Assembly (NCBI GenBank): GCA_019428815.1
Contig: JAHYJW010000003.1
Location: 20,617-84,616 of the forward strand
DNA: 64,000 nt
DNA from: Patescibacteria group bacterium
GTDB taxonomy: Archaea; Nanobdellota; Nanobdellia; Pacearchaeales; GW2011-AR1
Reading direction: 5' to 3'
Shown: one piece after another, positions 49,416 to 58,302 of the stretch
Numbering within the stretch: position 1 is the first letter of the stretch
How the letters are laid out: each line of letters starts with the position of its first letter
The notes under the pieces: generated by a model
Database searches by the model: none
The model's input: the letters and a program-made list of their open reading frames with translations, nothing else
What the model was told of the DNA's origin: nothing
Program-made: the position numbers and the translations under genes

Positions 49416-51569
49416 TTAGGAATTATCTTTTTTCCTAAAGAGTTCTTCTGTTTTAATTTCACATGAGTCACTATTACAGAACCTGTCACCCATGGTTTTT
49501 TGATTTCTTATTTCTGAAAAATCTATAGGTTTTAGTGCTTTTGTTCTTTCGAAATATTCTTCTCTTGTAATCGGTTCGAATGGAGGTTGATCATATACCC
49601 CATTTAATTTTGGGAGCATACTAATTCCTTTTAATTTATATTGAAAATGATTTAATGCATATTCTAAGTGGGGACCTTCTTTTTCAGGATCAAATTTTAT
49701 AGTACTACTAACTTGGTTATCTGCCCAGTTCTCTTGTAAAAATGATACCATTTCAAGTTGTTCCCACATTGAAACTTCTTCTTCACTTCTAATGCCCTCT
49801 CCAACATGAACTGGAAATTCAACCACTAAAGAACTTAAGTCATTTCTATCCTGTTCCACATAAAATCCAGCTTCTTTTAAGGGATTTACCAAGTCACTAT
49901 TTTGAGCAAGTCTCATTCTCCTGATGTAATACTCAGATATCGGCCAATGCATCCCAGGGGTTGAACCTGCTACAGAGCTAACAGTCCCTGAAGGTTTTAC
50001 CGAGGTTGTTTTTATAGATTTTGGAACTGTCATCCAATCGCTATAAACTTGATCATACTGTTGAACAACATCATATCCATCTCTGAGCCAACTTTTTAAT
50101 TCATGAAGACTTTTTTCTGCTACAAACTGTGCTATGCCACTAACAGAACATCCAATTCTCCTATTTCTTAATAAAACCCTGTTAGTTTCTGCCCAATGGG
50201 TTTCTCCTAATGCTACTGTTTTCGCATACATATATGCAAATTTTAAGGTTCTTAAAAAATCTTCTTTATTATGATGATTATTTGGAAATGTTTCAACAAG
50301 ATTACATAATTCATAACTCTCTAAAGATTGTTCAACACAAGGATTACATCCCATTGCTTTTTTATCCTTAAAGTTAGGAGCATCACCAGTTCTACCAAAT
50401 TTTTTCATATTTTCTAACCAGATTAAACCAGGTTCTCCATTGTTTCTTATACGTTCACTAATCTCATGGTAATTCATCCCTAACTCTGCAAAAATAGAAT
50501 TATTACTTGTCCATCCATATCCCGCTCTTTCCGGATTTCTTTTATAATTTTTTAAATCTAAAAATTCTTCATCTAAAGGATCTCCCAATGCAATTTCTGC
50601 AGTTCTTCTTACGTTTCCAGAAACAACACATTTACCAATTAAGTTTTGGATATCAACAATAGCTCTAGAACCAAGGGGTCTCCCAATGTTCTCTCTTAAA
50701 AGGTCTTCTAAACTTTGATGTAATTCCTTCAATGGCCCATAACCTGAACTTTTTCCCCCAAATCCATTAATGTTCGACCCTTCTTCTCTTAATTGAGAGT
50801 AATCAAACTCAACAGGATTGACTCCCAAAAGATAACTATCAATAATCCTACCAACACTCTCCACCCATCCTTCTCGATTATCTGGAATATCAAAAACATC
50901 AGGTTTCCTTCTAAAATCAGGACCCTTAACAATTAAACTTCCTGCACCTTTTGTATCAAAACCAACCCCAACGCCCAACATAGACATGTCCATTAAAAAT
51001 TTAAAGGGCTTAGAGTATTCTTCTTTAATATTAGCTGTAGAAACAAAGGCACAGTTATTTAATGCGGAGTATAACCCTCTTTCTTCAGTTATCTCTGACC
51101 CCATAGCCCATAACCCTCTTCCAGGAGGTAAGAATCTCATATGAAACATTCTTTCAAACATTTCTTCTGCACTTTTTTGTGCTTTATAGTCACTCCATTC
51201 TAAACCTCTTTCTTGAATCCACCTTTTTTGAAGATTATAAGTTCCATTAACAACTCTTTTAATCGTATCTGGCCATTCTTCATTTCTTCCGTCTTCTCTA
51301 ACCCTAGAATAAGTTCTTTTGTAAACCAATTCGCCAAATCCGTTAAACCCAAAGGGGGGTTTTATTTTATCATATCTAGCTACAAAAGATTCGTCTAATT
51401 TAAAAGGCTTATAAGAAGGATCATGGAGCCTCTCTATAATCTTTTTCTGAATTGGACTCATGTATGCATTTTCACTAATCTCTGTTTTCCAATCCCAAGA
51501 ATTTCTTTCTAGTAGATTGGGAGTAGTTGAAACAACACCTTCTAAACTGCTAGTATTTTCGTTAGTCAT
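49416..51569 (-). CDS. nrdJ: class II (adenosylcobalamin-dependent) ribonucleotide reductase, monomeric RTPR-like
   Basis: Active-site finger GCNPCVEQSLESYELCNLVE. The length (717 aa) and a C-terminal Cys pair (FCNSDSCEI) fit. The subclass call is from memory of RTPR-type sequences. Confidence 0.7.
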   Translation of the reverse strand: MTNENTSSLEGVVSTTPNLLERNSWDWKTEISENAYMSPIQKKIIERLHDPSYKPFKLDESFVARYDKIKPPFGFNGFGELVYKRTYSRVREDGRNEEWPDTIKRVVNGTYNLQKRWIQERGLEWSDYKAQKSAEEMFERMFHMRFLPPGRGLWAMGSEITEERGLYSALNNCAFVSTANIKEEYSKPFKFLMDMSMLGVGVGFDTKGAGSLIVKGPDFRRKPDVFDIPDNREGWVESVGRIIDSYLLGVNPVEFDYSQLREEGSNINGFGGKSSGYGPLKELHQSLEDLLRENIGRPLGSRAIVDIQNLIGKCVVSGNVRRTAEIALGDPLDEEFLDLKNYKRNPERAGYGWTSNNSIFAELGMNYHEISERIRNNGEPGLIWLENMKKFGRTGDAPNFKDKKAMGCNPCVEQSLESYELCNLVETFPNNHHNKEDFLRTLKFAYMYAKTVALGETHWAETNRVLLRNRRIGCSVSGIAQFVAEKSLHELKSWLRDGYDVVQQYDQVYSDWMTVPKSIKTTSVKPSGTVSSVAGSTPGMHWPISEYYIRRMRLAQNSDLVNPLKEAGFYVEQDRNDLSSLVVEFPVHVGEGIRSEEEVSMWEQLEMVSFLQENWADNQVSSTIKFDPEKEGPHLEYALNHFQYKLKGISMLPKLNGVYDQPPFEPITREEYFERTKALKPIDFSEIRNQKTMGDRFCNSDSCEIKTEELFRKKDNS

Positions 51570-52003
51570 TTGAATATCCTCAATTCTTTTTTAAAATCTT
51601 TAACATCTTGAAAGTCCCTATAAACAGAAGCAAATCTTATGTAAGCCACTTTATCTAAATTTTTTATTTTTTTCATTACTAACTCTCCGATATCAGAACT
51701 TTTAATCTCCTTTTTGCCCTTTTTCATTATTTGATCTTCAATTTCGTTTATCATTCTATAAATTTTTTCTTTGGGAACAGGCCTTTTTTCAAAGGCCCTT
51801 TCAATCCCCAATTCAAATTTTTCGCGATTAAATTTTTCGCGCCTTCCGTCTTTTTTAATTACATAAAGTTCACTTTTTGCAACTTTTTCATAAGTAGTGA
51901 ATCTTTTTTTGCAATTAAGACATTCTCTTCGCCTTCTTATTCCCCCAGGAGACTTTCTTTTGTCTATAACCCTGGTATTTCCACCACAATAATGACAATC
52001 CAT
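51566..52003 (-). CDS. nrdR: NrdR transcriptional repressor (Zn ribbon + ATP-cone)
   Basis: MDCHYCGGNTRVIDKR...RRRRECLNCKKRFTTYE Zn ribbon, then an ATP-cone (VIKKDGRREKFNREK...). An ATGA overlap joins it to nrdJ. Confidence 0.85.
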   Translation of the reverse strand: MDCHYCGGNTRVIDKRKSPGGIRRRRECLNCKKRFTTYEKVAKSELYVIKKDGRREKFNREKFELGIERAFEKRPVPKEKIYRMINEIEDQIMKKGKKEIKSSDIGELVMKKIKNLDKVAYIRFASVYRDFQDVKDFKKELRIFK

Positions 52004-52009
52004 CTGACA

Positions 52010-52023
52010 TACAATATATTGTA
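52010..52023. promoter_or_regulatory. NrdR-box-like palindrome (box 1)
   Basis: TACAATATATTGTA is a perfect 14-nt palindrome. Its ACAATATATTGT core matches the middle 12 positions of the published 16-nt NrdR-box consensus acaCwAtATaTwGtgt. It lies 7-20 nt upstream of the nrdR ATG. Confidence 0.55.
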
Positions 52024-52024
52024 C

Positions 52025-52032
52025 TTTATAAT
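52025..52032 (-). promoter_or_regulatory. TATA-box-like element of nrdR (leaderless geometry)
   Basis: The minus strand reads ATTATAAA, centred about 25 nt upstream of the nrdR ATG. It is bracketed by the two inverted repeats. Confidence 0.4.
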
Positions 52033-52036
52033 AGAG

Positions 52037-52057
52037 ACTACATCAATAAGTTGTAGT
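52037..52057. promoter_or_regulatory. second inverted repeat upstream of the nrdR TATA (weak NrdR box 2 candidate)
   Basis: ACTACA-N9-TGTAGT, with its centre about 30.5 bp from the box 1 centre. It matches the consensus poorly beyond the ACA/TGT ends. Confidence 0.3.
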
Positions 52058-52339
52058 AACGCTTTTACATTAAACAAAAGGGTATTTAAAGATTTATTTT
52101 TACTGAGATATGATAACAAGAAAAAAAAGAACAGATAAGAACTAAAAAGAAAATTTTAAAAAATAAAACCTAAGATTAAGTGTTGTTGGGGGAAATATTC
52201 GGAGGATTGATAAAAAAGGTATTATCCCAACAATTTTATAAAAACGTTTAGTTAGCCTTTATTGTTAGAATTATTCGAAAGTGTAGTTAAACTTATACTA
52301 AGGTGTTTTTAAATTAAAAAACCTTAAGATTACAGTAAA

Positions 52340-54919
52340 ATGACAGAGATACAAGTGATAAATGAACCAAATACTAAAGAACAAATTTTTTCAAATCTAA
52401 ACCCCATTGTTTCAAATTGGTTTAAACTAAAATTTAAGGAATTTGTTGAATCTCAAAAGTATTGTTTAGTCCCAATAAAGAATAGAGAAAATATCTTATT
52501 ATCTTCTCCAACAGGAAGTGGAAAAACACTCTCTGCTTTTGCTTCAATATTAAGTTATTTAATTGATCTTCATGAAAAAGGTAATCTAGAAAACAGAACT
52601 TATGCGGTTTATTGTTCTCCGTTAAAAGCATTATCCAGGGATATTGAAGTTAACTTAAAGAAACCATTAGAAGAGATGGAAAAGATGGTAAATAAAAAAT
52701 TTGGTATCCGGATTGGACTTAGGACGGGGGATACAACAACTCTTGAAAGAACAAAAATGTTAAAAAATCCACCCCATATTTTGATTACAACACCAGAATC
52801 CCTAGCTATAATTCTTACATCAAAAAACTTTGTTGAACATCTAAGAAAAACAGAATTTTGTATTGTGGATGAAATTCATTCTCTTGATAATAAAAGAGGA
52901 ACATACCTTAGTCTAACTCTTGAGAGACTTAATGAAATCTCAACCATCTGGCCAGTAAAAATTGGTTTAAGTGCTACAATAGAACCTATGGAAGAAGTCG
53001 CTAAATTTTTAGTAGGGGTATCTCCTGAAAGAAAAGTCAAAATTGCCAAAGTAATCTTAGATAAAAAAATAGATGTCGAAGTATTAAGTCCAGTAGATAA
53101 TATCATGGAAGATCAAGATTTACATTTGAAGATGTATGACCTTATTTCAGATTTAATTCAGGAACATAAAACAACTTTGATATTTACCAATACTCGTTCT
53201 GCTACAGAAAGAGTTGTTAATTTTCTAAAAGATAGATTTCCTACAGAATATGGGGACGATAATATCGCAGCCCATCACTCTTCTTTAAGTAAAAACCATA
53301 GATTTGATATTGAAGAAAGATTAAGGCAAGGAAAATTAAAAGTCGTAGTTTGTTCTACAAGTTTAGAACTTGGAATTGATATTGGTTTTATTGATTTAGT
53401 TATAATGTTAGGCTCCCCAAAATCTAGTTCCAGAGCTTTACAAAGACTAGGCCGGGCAGGGCATAGATTAAGAGAAATTTCAAAGGGAAGATTCATTGTT
53501 CTTGATAGGGACGACCTAATAGAATGCTGTATTATCAAAAAAGAAATGATTGAAAAAAAAATAAACAAAATAAGATTTCCAAAAAATTGCCTAGATGTTT
53601 TATCTCAGCAGATATACGGAATGGCTATATACAAAATTTGGAAAGAAAAAGAAATTTTAGATTTAATAAAAAGAAGTTATTGTTATGCTGATTTAACCAG
53701 AAAAGATTTCTTAGATACGATCAGCTATCTCTCAGGGGAGTATGCCCTTGAAAAGAATAATGTTTATGCAAAAATTTGGTATGATCCAGAAACTAAAGAA
53801 ATTGGAAAAAGGGGGAAACTTGCAAGAGTAATCTATATGACAAATATCGGAACAATACCAGAAGAATCTTTTATTACAGTTAAAATTGCAGGAACAAATG
53901 AGGTTGTAGGATTAATTGACGAGGGATTTCTTTCAAGAATGAGAAAATTAGATGTCTTTGTTTTAGGCGGGAAAAAATATCAGCATAAATACACAAGGGG
54001 TATGAATTTGTATGTTTCTTCTGAAGTGAGAAGAAATCCAACTATCCCTTCTTGGTTTTCAGAGATGTTGCCCTTAAGTTTTGATTCTGCATTAGAAATA
54101 AGCAAATTTCGTTATCTAATCAGAAAGGAATTGGAATCAAAAAGGCCGAAAAAGAAAATTCTTGAGTTTATAAAAAATTATTTAAAAGTACCAGAGAAAA
54201 CTGCCGAAGCAATTTATAATTATTTTTTAGAACAGCATTCATTTCTTGAAATACCCCATGAAAAACTTATTGTAATAGAGAAATTTTCAGATTTAGGGAA
54301 AAAGTATCTTTTGTTTCATACTCTTTATGGTAGAAGAGTAAATGACGCGCTTTCTCGAGCAATAGGATATATCATTGGAGCATTAGGGGGAAGAGATATT
54401 GAAATAGGCATTTCAGATAATGGTTTTTATCTTGCTGGAGAAAGAATGATGTTAAAAAGAACATTGGAAGAACTAAAAGAAAAAAATCTTGAAAAATTTT
54501 TGAAAGAGGCTATTGATCGTACAGATGTTCTTGCAAGAAGATTTCGCCATTGTGCAGCACGGTCATTAATGATTTTAAAAAATTATAAAGGTAAAAATAA
54601 AAGTGTGGGAAAACAACAAATGAAAAGCCATTTTTTACTTTCAGCTGTTAAAAAAATAACAAATGAGTTTCCCATCTTAAGAGAAGCAAGAAGAGAAGTA
54701 TTAGAAGATGTGATGGACATCAAAAATGCAAAACTTGTTTTGAGTTGGATTGAAAAAAAGAAAGTTAAGATAAAAATTTTAGAAACAGATATCCCCTCTC
54801 CATTTTCTTTAGGATTGATACTCCAAGGACATACAGATCTTATACGAATAGAAGACAAACAAGAGTTTCTGAAGAGAATGCATGAGCTCCATATCAAAAA
54901 GATAATTGAAAATAAATAA
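52340..54919 (+). CDS. lhr: Lhr-family DEAD/DEAH-box helicase (Lhr-core type)
   Basis: SPTGSGKTL (motif I), VDEIHSL (motif II), SATI, HHSSLS and LELGIDIG..QRLGRAGH, followed by a long Lhr-type C-terminal domain. 859 aa. Confidence 0.85.
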   Translation: MTEIQVINEPNTKEQIFSNLNPIVSNWFKLKFKEFVESQKYCLVPIKNRENILLSSPTGSGKTLSAFASILSYLIDLHEKGNLENRTYAVYCSPLKALSRDIEVNLKKPLEEMEKMVNKKFGIRIGLRTGDTTTLERTKMLKNPPHILITTPESLAIILTSKNFVEHLRKTEFCIVDEIHSLDNKRGTYLSLTLERLNEISTIWPVKIGLSATIEPMEEVAKFLVGVSPERKVKIAKVILDKKIDVEVLSPVDNIMEDQDLHLKMYDLISDLIQEHKTTLIFTNTRSATERVVNFLKDRFPTEYGDDNIAAHHSSLSKNHRFDIEERLRQGKLKVVVCSTSLELGIDIGFIDLVIMLGSPKSSSRALQRLGRAGHRLREISKGRFIVLDRDDLIECCIIKKEMIEKKINKIRFPKNCLDVLSQQIYGMAIYKIWKEKEILDLIKRSYCYADLTRKDFLDTISYLSGEYALEKNNVYAKIWYDPETKEIGKRGKLARVIYMTNIGTIPEESFITVKIAGTNEVVGLIDEGFLSRMRKLDVFVLGGKKYQHKYTRGMNLYVSSEVRRNPTIPSWFSEMLPLSFDSALEISKFRYLIRKELESKRPKKKILEFIKNYLKVPEKTAEAIYNYFLEQHSFLEIPHEKLIVIEKFSDLGKKYLLFHTLYGRRVNDALSRAIGYIIGALGGRDIEIGISDNGFYLAGERMMLKRTLEELKEKNLEKFLKEAIDRTDVLARRFRHCAARSLMILKNYKGKNKSVGKQQMKSHFLLSAVKKITNEFPILREARREVLEDVMDIKNAKLVLSWIEKKKVKIKILETDIPSPFSLGLILQGHTDLIRIEDKQEFLKRMHELHIKKIIENK

Positions 54920-54936
54920 TCAAAAAAGGAGGCAAG

Positions 54937-55689
54937 ATGGACAAGGAAAATAAAAATTTAATTAAATATGAATTTTTGGATAGGTCTATTTTTTTTCCTG
55001 ATAAAGGCGTTTTGGTTTTAGGAGATATACACATTGGTTATGAACAAGCTTTAATTGATGCAGGGGTCTTAATCCCAAACAGACAAGTTAAAGATATAAT
55101 CTCTGATTTAAAAAAAATAATAAAGAAAATAAAAGATTCAAAATATAATCTGAAAGAAATTATTTTTTTAGGGGATATAAAACATCTTTTTAGTTATGCC
55201 TGGAAAGAAAAAGATAATTTAGACAAGATTGTTGAATTTTTAGAAGAGTATATTCCCCAAGAGAAAATTATTTTCATAAGGGGGAACCATGATACAACTG
55301 AAATTCATTCTAAAATAAAACTCAGGGATTTTTATATCCATGGAGAGATTGCATTTTTACATGGGCATAAATCTTTCTTAGAAATATTTGACAAAAAAAT
55401 AAAAGTTATAATAACCGGTCATCTCCATCCCTCAGTAATTTTGACAGAAGTTCCAGGAGTCAAAATTGAATCTTATAAATGTTTTCTGGAGGGCAGTTAT
55501 AAAAATAAAACTTTTATTGTACTCCCTAGTTTTATTAAGTTTGTTGAAGGAACTGCAATAAATGATTATGAAGAAATGTATTTAGAGTCATTTTCAATAA
55601 TCCCAAAAAGAGAAATAATGAACTTTAAGGTTTATATCCTGGGTGAGGAGCGCATTTATGAATTTGGGAAAGTTAAGGATTTTAATTGA
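54937..55689 (+). CDS. PdeM-like metallophosphoesterase (ligase-associated DNA damage response family)
   Basis: VLGDIHIGYE, FLGDIKH, IRGNHD, LHGH, GHLHPSV..KCF and FIVLPSF..F.EG match the calcineurin-like PdeM pattern. It starts 17 nt after lhr. Confidence 0.7.
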   Translation: MDKENKNLIKYEFLDRSIFFPDKGVLVLGDIHIGYEQALIDAGVLIPNRQVKDIISDLKKIIKKIKDSKYNLKEIIFLGDIKHLFSYAWKEKDNLDKIVEFLEEYIPQEKIIFIRGNHDTTEIHSKIKLRDFYIHGEIAFLHGHKSFLEIFDKKIKVIITGHLHPSVILTEVPGVKIESYKCFLEGSYKNKTFIVLPSFIKFVEGTAINDYEEMYLESFSIIPKREIMNFKVYILGEERIYEFGKVKDFN

Positions 55690-55694
55690 TAATA

Positions 55695-55765
55695 TGGGCC
55701 CGGAGGGAATCTAACCCCCTTCTCCTGGGCTGGAGCCAGGTATTCTTACGGTGAACTACGGACCC
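55695..55765 (-). tRNA. tRNA-Trp (anticodon CCA), intron-less
   Basis: The reverse complement folds as GGGTCCG/CGGGCCC acceptor, CCTGG-CTCCAGC-CCAGG anticodon arm, GGGGG-TTAGATT-CCCTC T arm. The D loop lacks GG. Confidence 0.8.
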
Positions 55766-55889
55766 AAAATTTTAAAGGATAATCTTAACAATCTTAAATT
55801 ATTCTCTTCTATTAAAAATCTATCTTTTTAATATTAGTCTAGGCGGTTTAGTTAACCCAACTTATTCTAATTTAAATTAATCTTTTGAT

Positions 55890-56624
55890 TTAACCTAGTC
55901 TTTTGATTATTTCTATTTCTTCCTCAGAGATCGTTGAACCTTTATAACGAACTGCATAAAGAATTGCATCCAATGCCCTTTCATCATTTAAACCTAATAA
56001 TCCCTTTTTATGAGCTACATAAACAAGCTCAGGAGAGCGGATAACTTTTAAGTCTTTTAAAAAGTTAAGGTTTTCTCTCTTCCTAGATATTTTTACGTGG
56101 AGTTTTCCTTCTAAAAATTTTTCTAAGTGAGAAGGGTTCTCGATTAAAACTCGCGTATTTCTCTCATCAATGGCAATTACATTCTTTATTCCTTTTTTAT
56201 TAAGGATTTCACTTAAAGCTAAACAAGATGCCTCTCCTTCATGCATTATCTGAATATTCTGGTGGTTACCTTCAAAAGTAGAATTTGTGATATCTAATAT
56301 TTCTTTTGTTCTCTCAAAAATTTCAGAATCCTTAACCCCCATAGCTGATGGAAGTTCAATTACCCCCTCATCGAAAAGTTGTTTTACTTTCAAGGCTTCT
56401 AATTTGAATCTTTTTATTCCTAAGGGTTTGTCTATAACCTCTTTTTTGATTTCTGAAGTTATTAAAAAGTTTCCTTTAAAAACCCCTCTTAATCTTTTTA
56501 GGATATCTGTAATTCCGTTCATAGAAAAGTTGATTAATACCCCTGAATCAAAAATAATTGCTTTAGAATTATCTGTTTTTACTTGTGATTTTTCTTTGGA
56601 GATTAATTTTAAGACTTTTTTCAT
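55890..56624 (-). CDS. PIN-like domain protein (COG2405/DUF3368-like pattern), hypothetical
   Basis: Acidic positions are spaced like a PIN fold: IIFDSGVLINF, ITSEIKKEV, HEGEASCLALS, AIDERNTRVL. Assigned by pattern only. Confidence 0.4.
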   Translation of the reverse strand: MKKVLKLISKEKSQVKTDNSKAIIFDSGVLINFSMNGITDILKRLRGVFKGNFLITSEIKKEVIDKPLGIKRFKLEALKVKQLFDEGVIELPSAMGVKDSEIFERTKEILDITNSTFEGNHQNIQIMHEGEASCLALSEILNKKGIKNVIAIDERNTRVLIENPSHLEKFLEGKLHVKISRKRENLNFLKDLKVIRSPELVYVAHKKGLLGLNDERALDAILYAVRYKGSTISEEEIEIIKRLG

Positions 56625-57181
56625 TTGAAAATGTCCATCGCAAATTTAATTCTTGTTTTGACATTAAGGGCATTTTCTCCAGAGATTTCATGAAATTTAT
56701 TCCCCCTAGCATAATCTGTAAGCTCAAATAAAGTAACTCCTAAAAGTTTAGCAGTAATCCCCATAGAAATCCCGTGATTATAAATTTTAGACGCTTTATC
56801 TATACTTGCCCTTCTAAAAACTTCTTGAATATTCTCCTTAAGTTTTCCAGAAAGTTTCTCAATAAACTCCCGTATTTTACTGATATTCTCACGGTAGGAG
56901 TTGTCATCTTTATTTTTCAAAGCCTCAATTATTTTGTCAATTGAATCCAAGTATAATCTATAGAATTTCTCCCAACCAGGGAGTTTTTCATAATCCCCTC
57001 TTTCAAGCATCTCACTTAAAGAATAAACAATAACCGCGGCAGCGATATTATCCGGATCATGGGTTAAAGAAGCTGAATTTGTTGTTTGATCGCTTAATCT
57101 TCTAATTTCCCTGGAATCTTTTTTTACTACTGCGTTTTTTGTTTCCTGAAAAATTCTGAGGATATTCTCTCTTTCATACAT
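56621..57181 (-). CDS. hypothetical protein with a C-terminal HTH (UPF0175-like)
   Basis: The C-terminal KIYNHGISMGITAKLLGVTLFELTDY resembles UPF0175-type HTH antitoxins. An ATGA overlap joins it to the downstream PIN-like ORF. Confidence 0.35.
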   Translation of the reverse strand: MYERENILRIFQETKNAVVKKDSREIRRLSDQTTNSASLTHDPDNIAAAVIVYSLSEMLERGDYEKLPGWEKFYRLYLDSIDKIIEALKNKDDNSYRENISKIREFIEKLSGKLKENIQEVFRRASIDKASKIYNHGISMGITAKLLGVTLFELTDYARGNKFHEISGENALNVKTRIKFAMDIFK

Positions 57182-57246
57182 ATTCCTTACTAGAAAAACA
57201 GATTAATAAAGGTTAACTTTTTATATTTCTATTTTATAATTTATTC

Positions 57247-57618
57247 ATGAAAAAAGTAATTCTTGACACTAATTTCATTTTAAGTTGCGTAAGACAAAGA
57301 ATAGATTTTTTTGAAGACATAAAATTTAGGGGTTTAAAGATTTTAATACCTACAGGAGTAATAAACGAATTAAAAAAATTGAAAAATTCCGGTAAAAAAC
57401 TTCACCTAAGGAACAATGCAGATCTAGCATTAAAAATATTAGAAAGGAGTAATTTTGAGAGTGTAGATCTTAGTTTAGAAAATGTTGATGATGGCCTTAT
57501 AGACTTCATAAATAAAAACCCAGAAGTGATTCTTGCAACATTAGATAGAGAACTTAAACGAAAAACGAAAAAACCGAAATTAGTTATAAGGGGGAAGAAA
57601 AAACTAGAAATCATATAA
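57247..57618 (+). CDS. PIN-domain protein, Fcf1/Utp24-like
   Basis: VILDTNFILSCV, IPTGVINELKKL and ATLDRELKRK. It occupies the conserved position upstream of rpoE'. Confidence 0.65.
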   Translation: MKKVILDTNFILSCVRQRIDFFEDIKFRGLKILIPTGVINELKKLKNSGKKLHLRNNADLALKILERSNFESVDLSLENVDDGLIDFINKNPEVILATLDRELKRKTKKPKLVIRGKKKLEII

Positions 57619-57689
57619 TAACCTTTAAAAACCGATTTTTATTATCTTAACTAAGATTTATAAACAATAAACTATGCCCATTTTTGAAA

Positions 57690-58301
57690 ATGTTCTATTT
57701 AGCAGATATTGAAGATTATGTGAGAGTTGAACCAAAGTTTTTTGGTTTGCCTACTCTTGAGGCTGTAGAAAAACAGTTAGAGGGAATTTATGCAGATTAT
57801 TATGATAAAGAAATCGGGAAAGTGGTATCTGTTATTGATGTTGTGTCAGTAGGAGAGGGAGTTATCATACCCGGAGATGGCGCAGCGTATTACAACACTC
57901 AATTCAAACTCCTTATCTGGAAACCTGAGGTTCATGAGATTGTTTACGGAACTATTGCAGAGATAACAACTTTTGGTGCATTTATTGACATGGGGGTAAT
58001 GAGGGGGATGATTCATATAAGTCAAACAATGGAAGATTACGTAAGTTTTGATAAAACTAATAATCTCACCGGAAAGTCTACAAAAAGAAGTTTAAAACAA
58101 GGTGATATGTGCCTTGCAAGAATTGTTGCAATAAGCCATAGAGGAAACGAACCTAAAATGGGGCTTACAATGAGACAACCAGGGTTAGGTAAACTAGAGT
58201 GGATTAAAGAAGAACAAATCAAAAAGGAAAGAGAATCTCAAAGAGCTTTAAAAGCAGGATCAAAAGGAGAAAAAGAGAATAAGGGAGGAAAGAAAAAATA
58301 A
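57690..58301 (+). CDS. rpoE: RNA polymerase subunit E' (Rpb7 homolog, S1 domain)
   Basis: MFYLADIEDYVRVEPKFFG at the N-terminus and S1-like GTIAEITTFGAFIDMG. ATG 57690 is preferred over TTG 57684. Confidence 0.85.
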   Translation: MFYLADIEDYVRVEPKFFGLPTLEAVEKQLEGIYADYYDKEIGKVVSVIDVVSVGEGVIIPGDGAAYYNTQFKLLIWKPEVHEIVYGTIAEITTFGAFIDMGVMRGMIHISQTMEDYVSFDKTNNLTGKSTKRSLKQGDMCLARIVAISHRGNEPKMGLTMRQPGLGKLEWIKEEQIKKERESQRALKAGSKGEKENKGGKKK

Positions 58302-58302
58302 G

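Noticed and set aside
51731-52138. 135-aa plus-strand ORF.
   Set aside because: It is antisense to nrdR and runs across the nrdR promoter. It is an F/I-rich artefact.
52175-52232. An 8-bp inverted repeat, TTGTTGGG...CCCAACAA, upstream of lhr.
   Set aside because: The loop is long (about 35 nt) and there is no further pairing, which is not distinctive enough.
56287-56628. 113-aa plus-strand ORF, together with the other internal antisense ORFs listed in the track (e.g. 3312-3494, 7853-8062, 9156-9416, 9575-9838, 17789-17983, 18455-18712, 23867-24148, 24266-24637, 26735-26974, 29068-29250, 29698-29898, 32036-32218, 33698-33955, 42846-43082, 43935-44144, 44236-44418, 45409-45600, 47730-47930, 51213-51398, 52434-52631, 52876-53106, 53275-53568, 54583-54897, 57402-57614, 58037-58222, 59681-59920, 60769-61317, 62301-62504).
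   Set aside because: Each is nested antisense to, or out of frame within, a longer ORF with recognisable family motifs.
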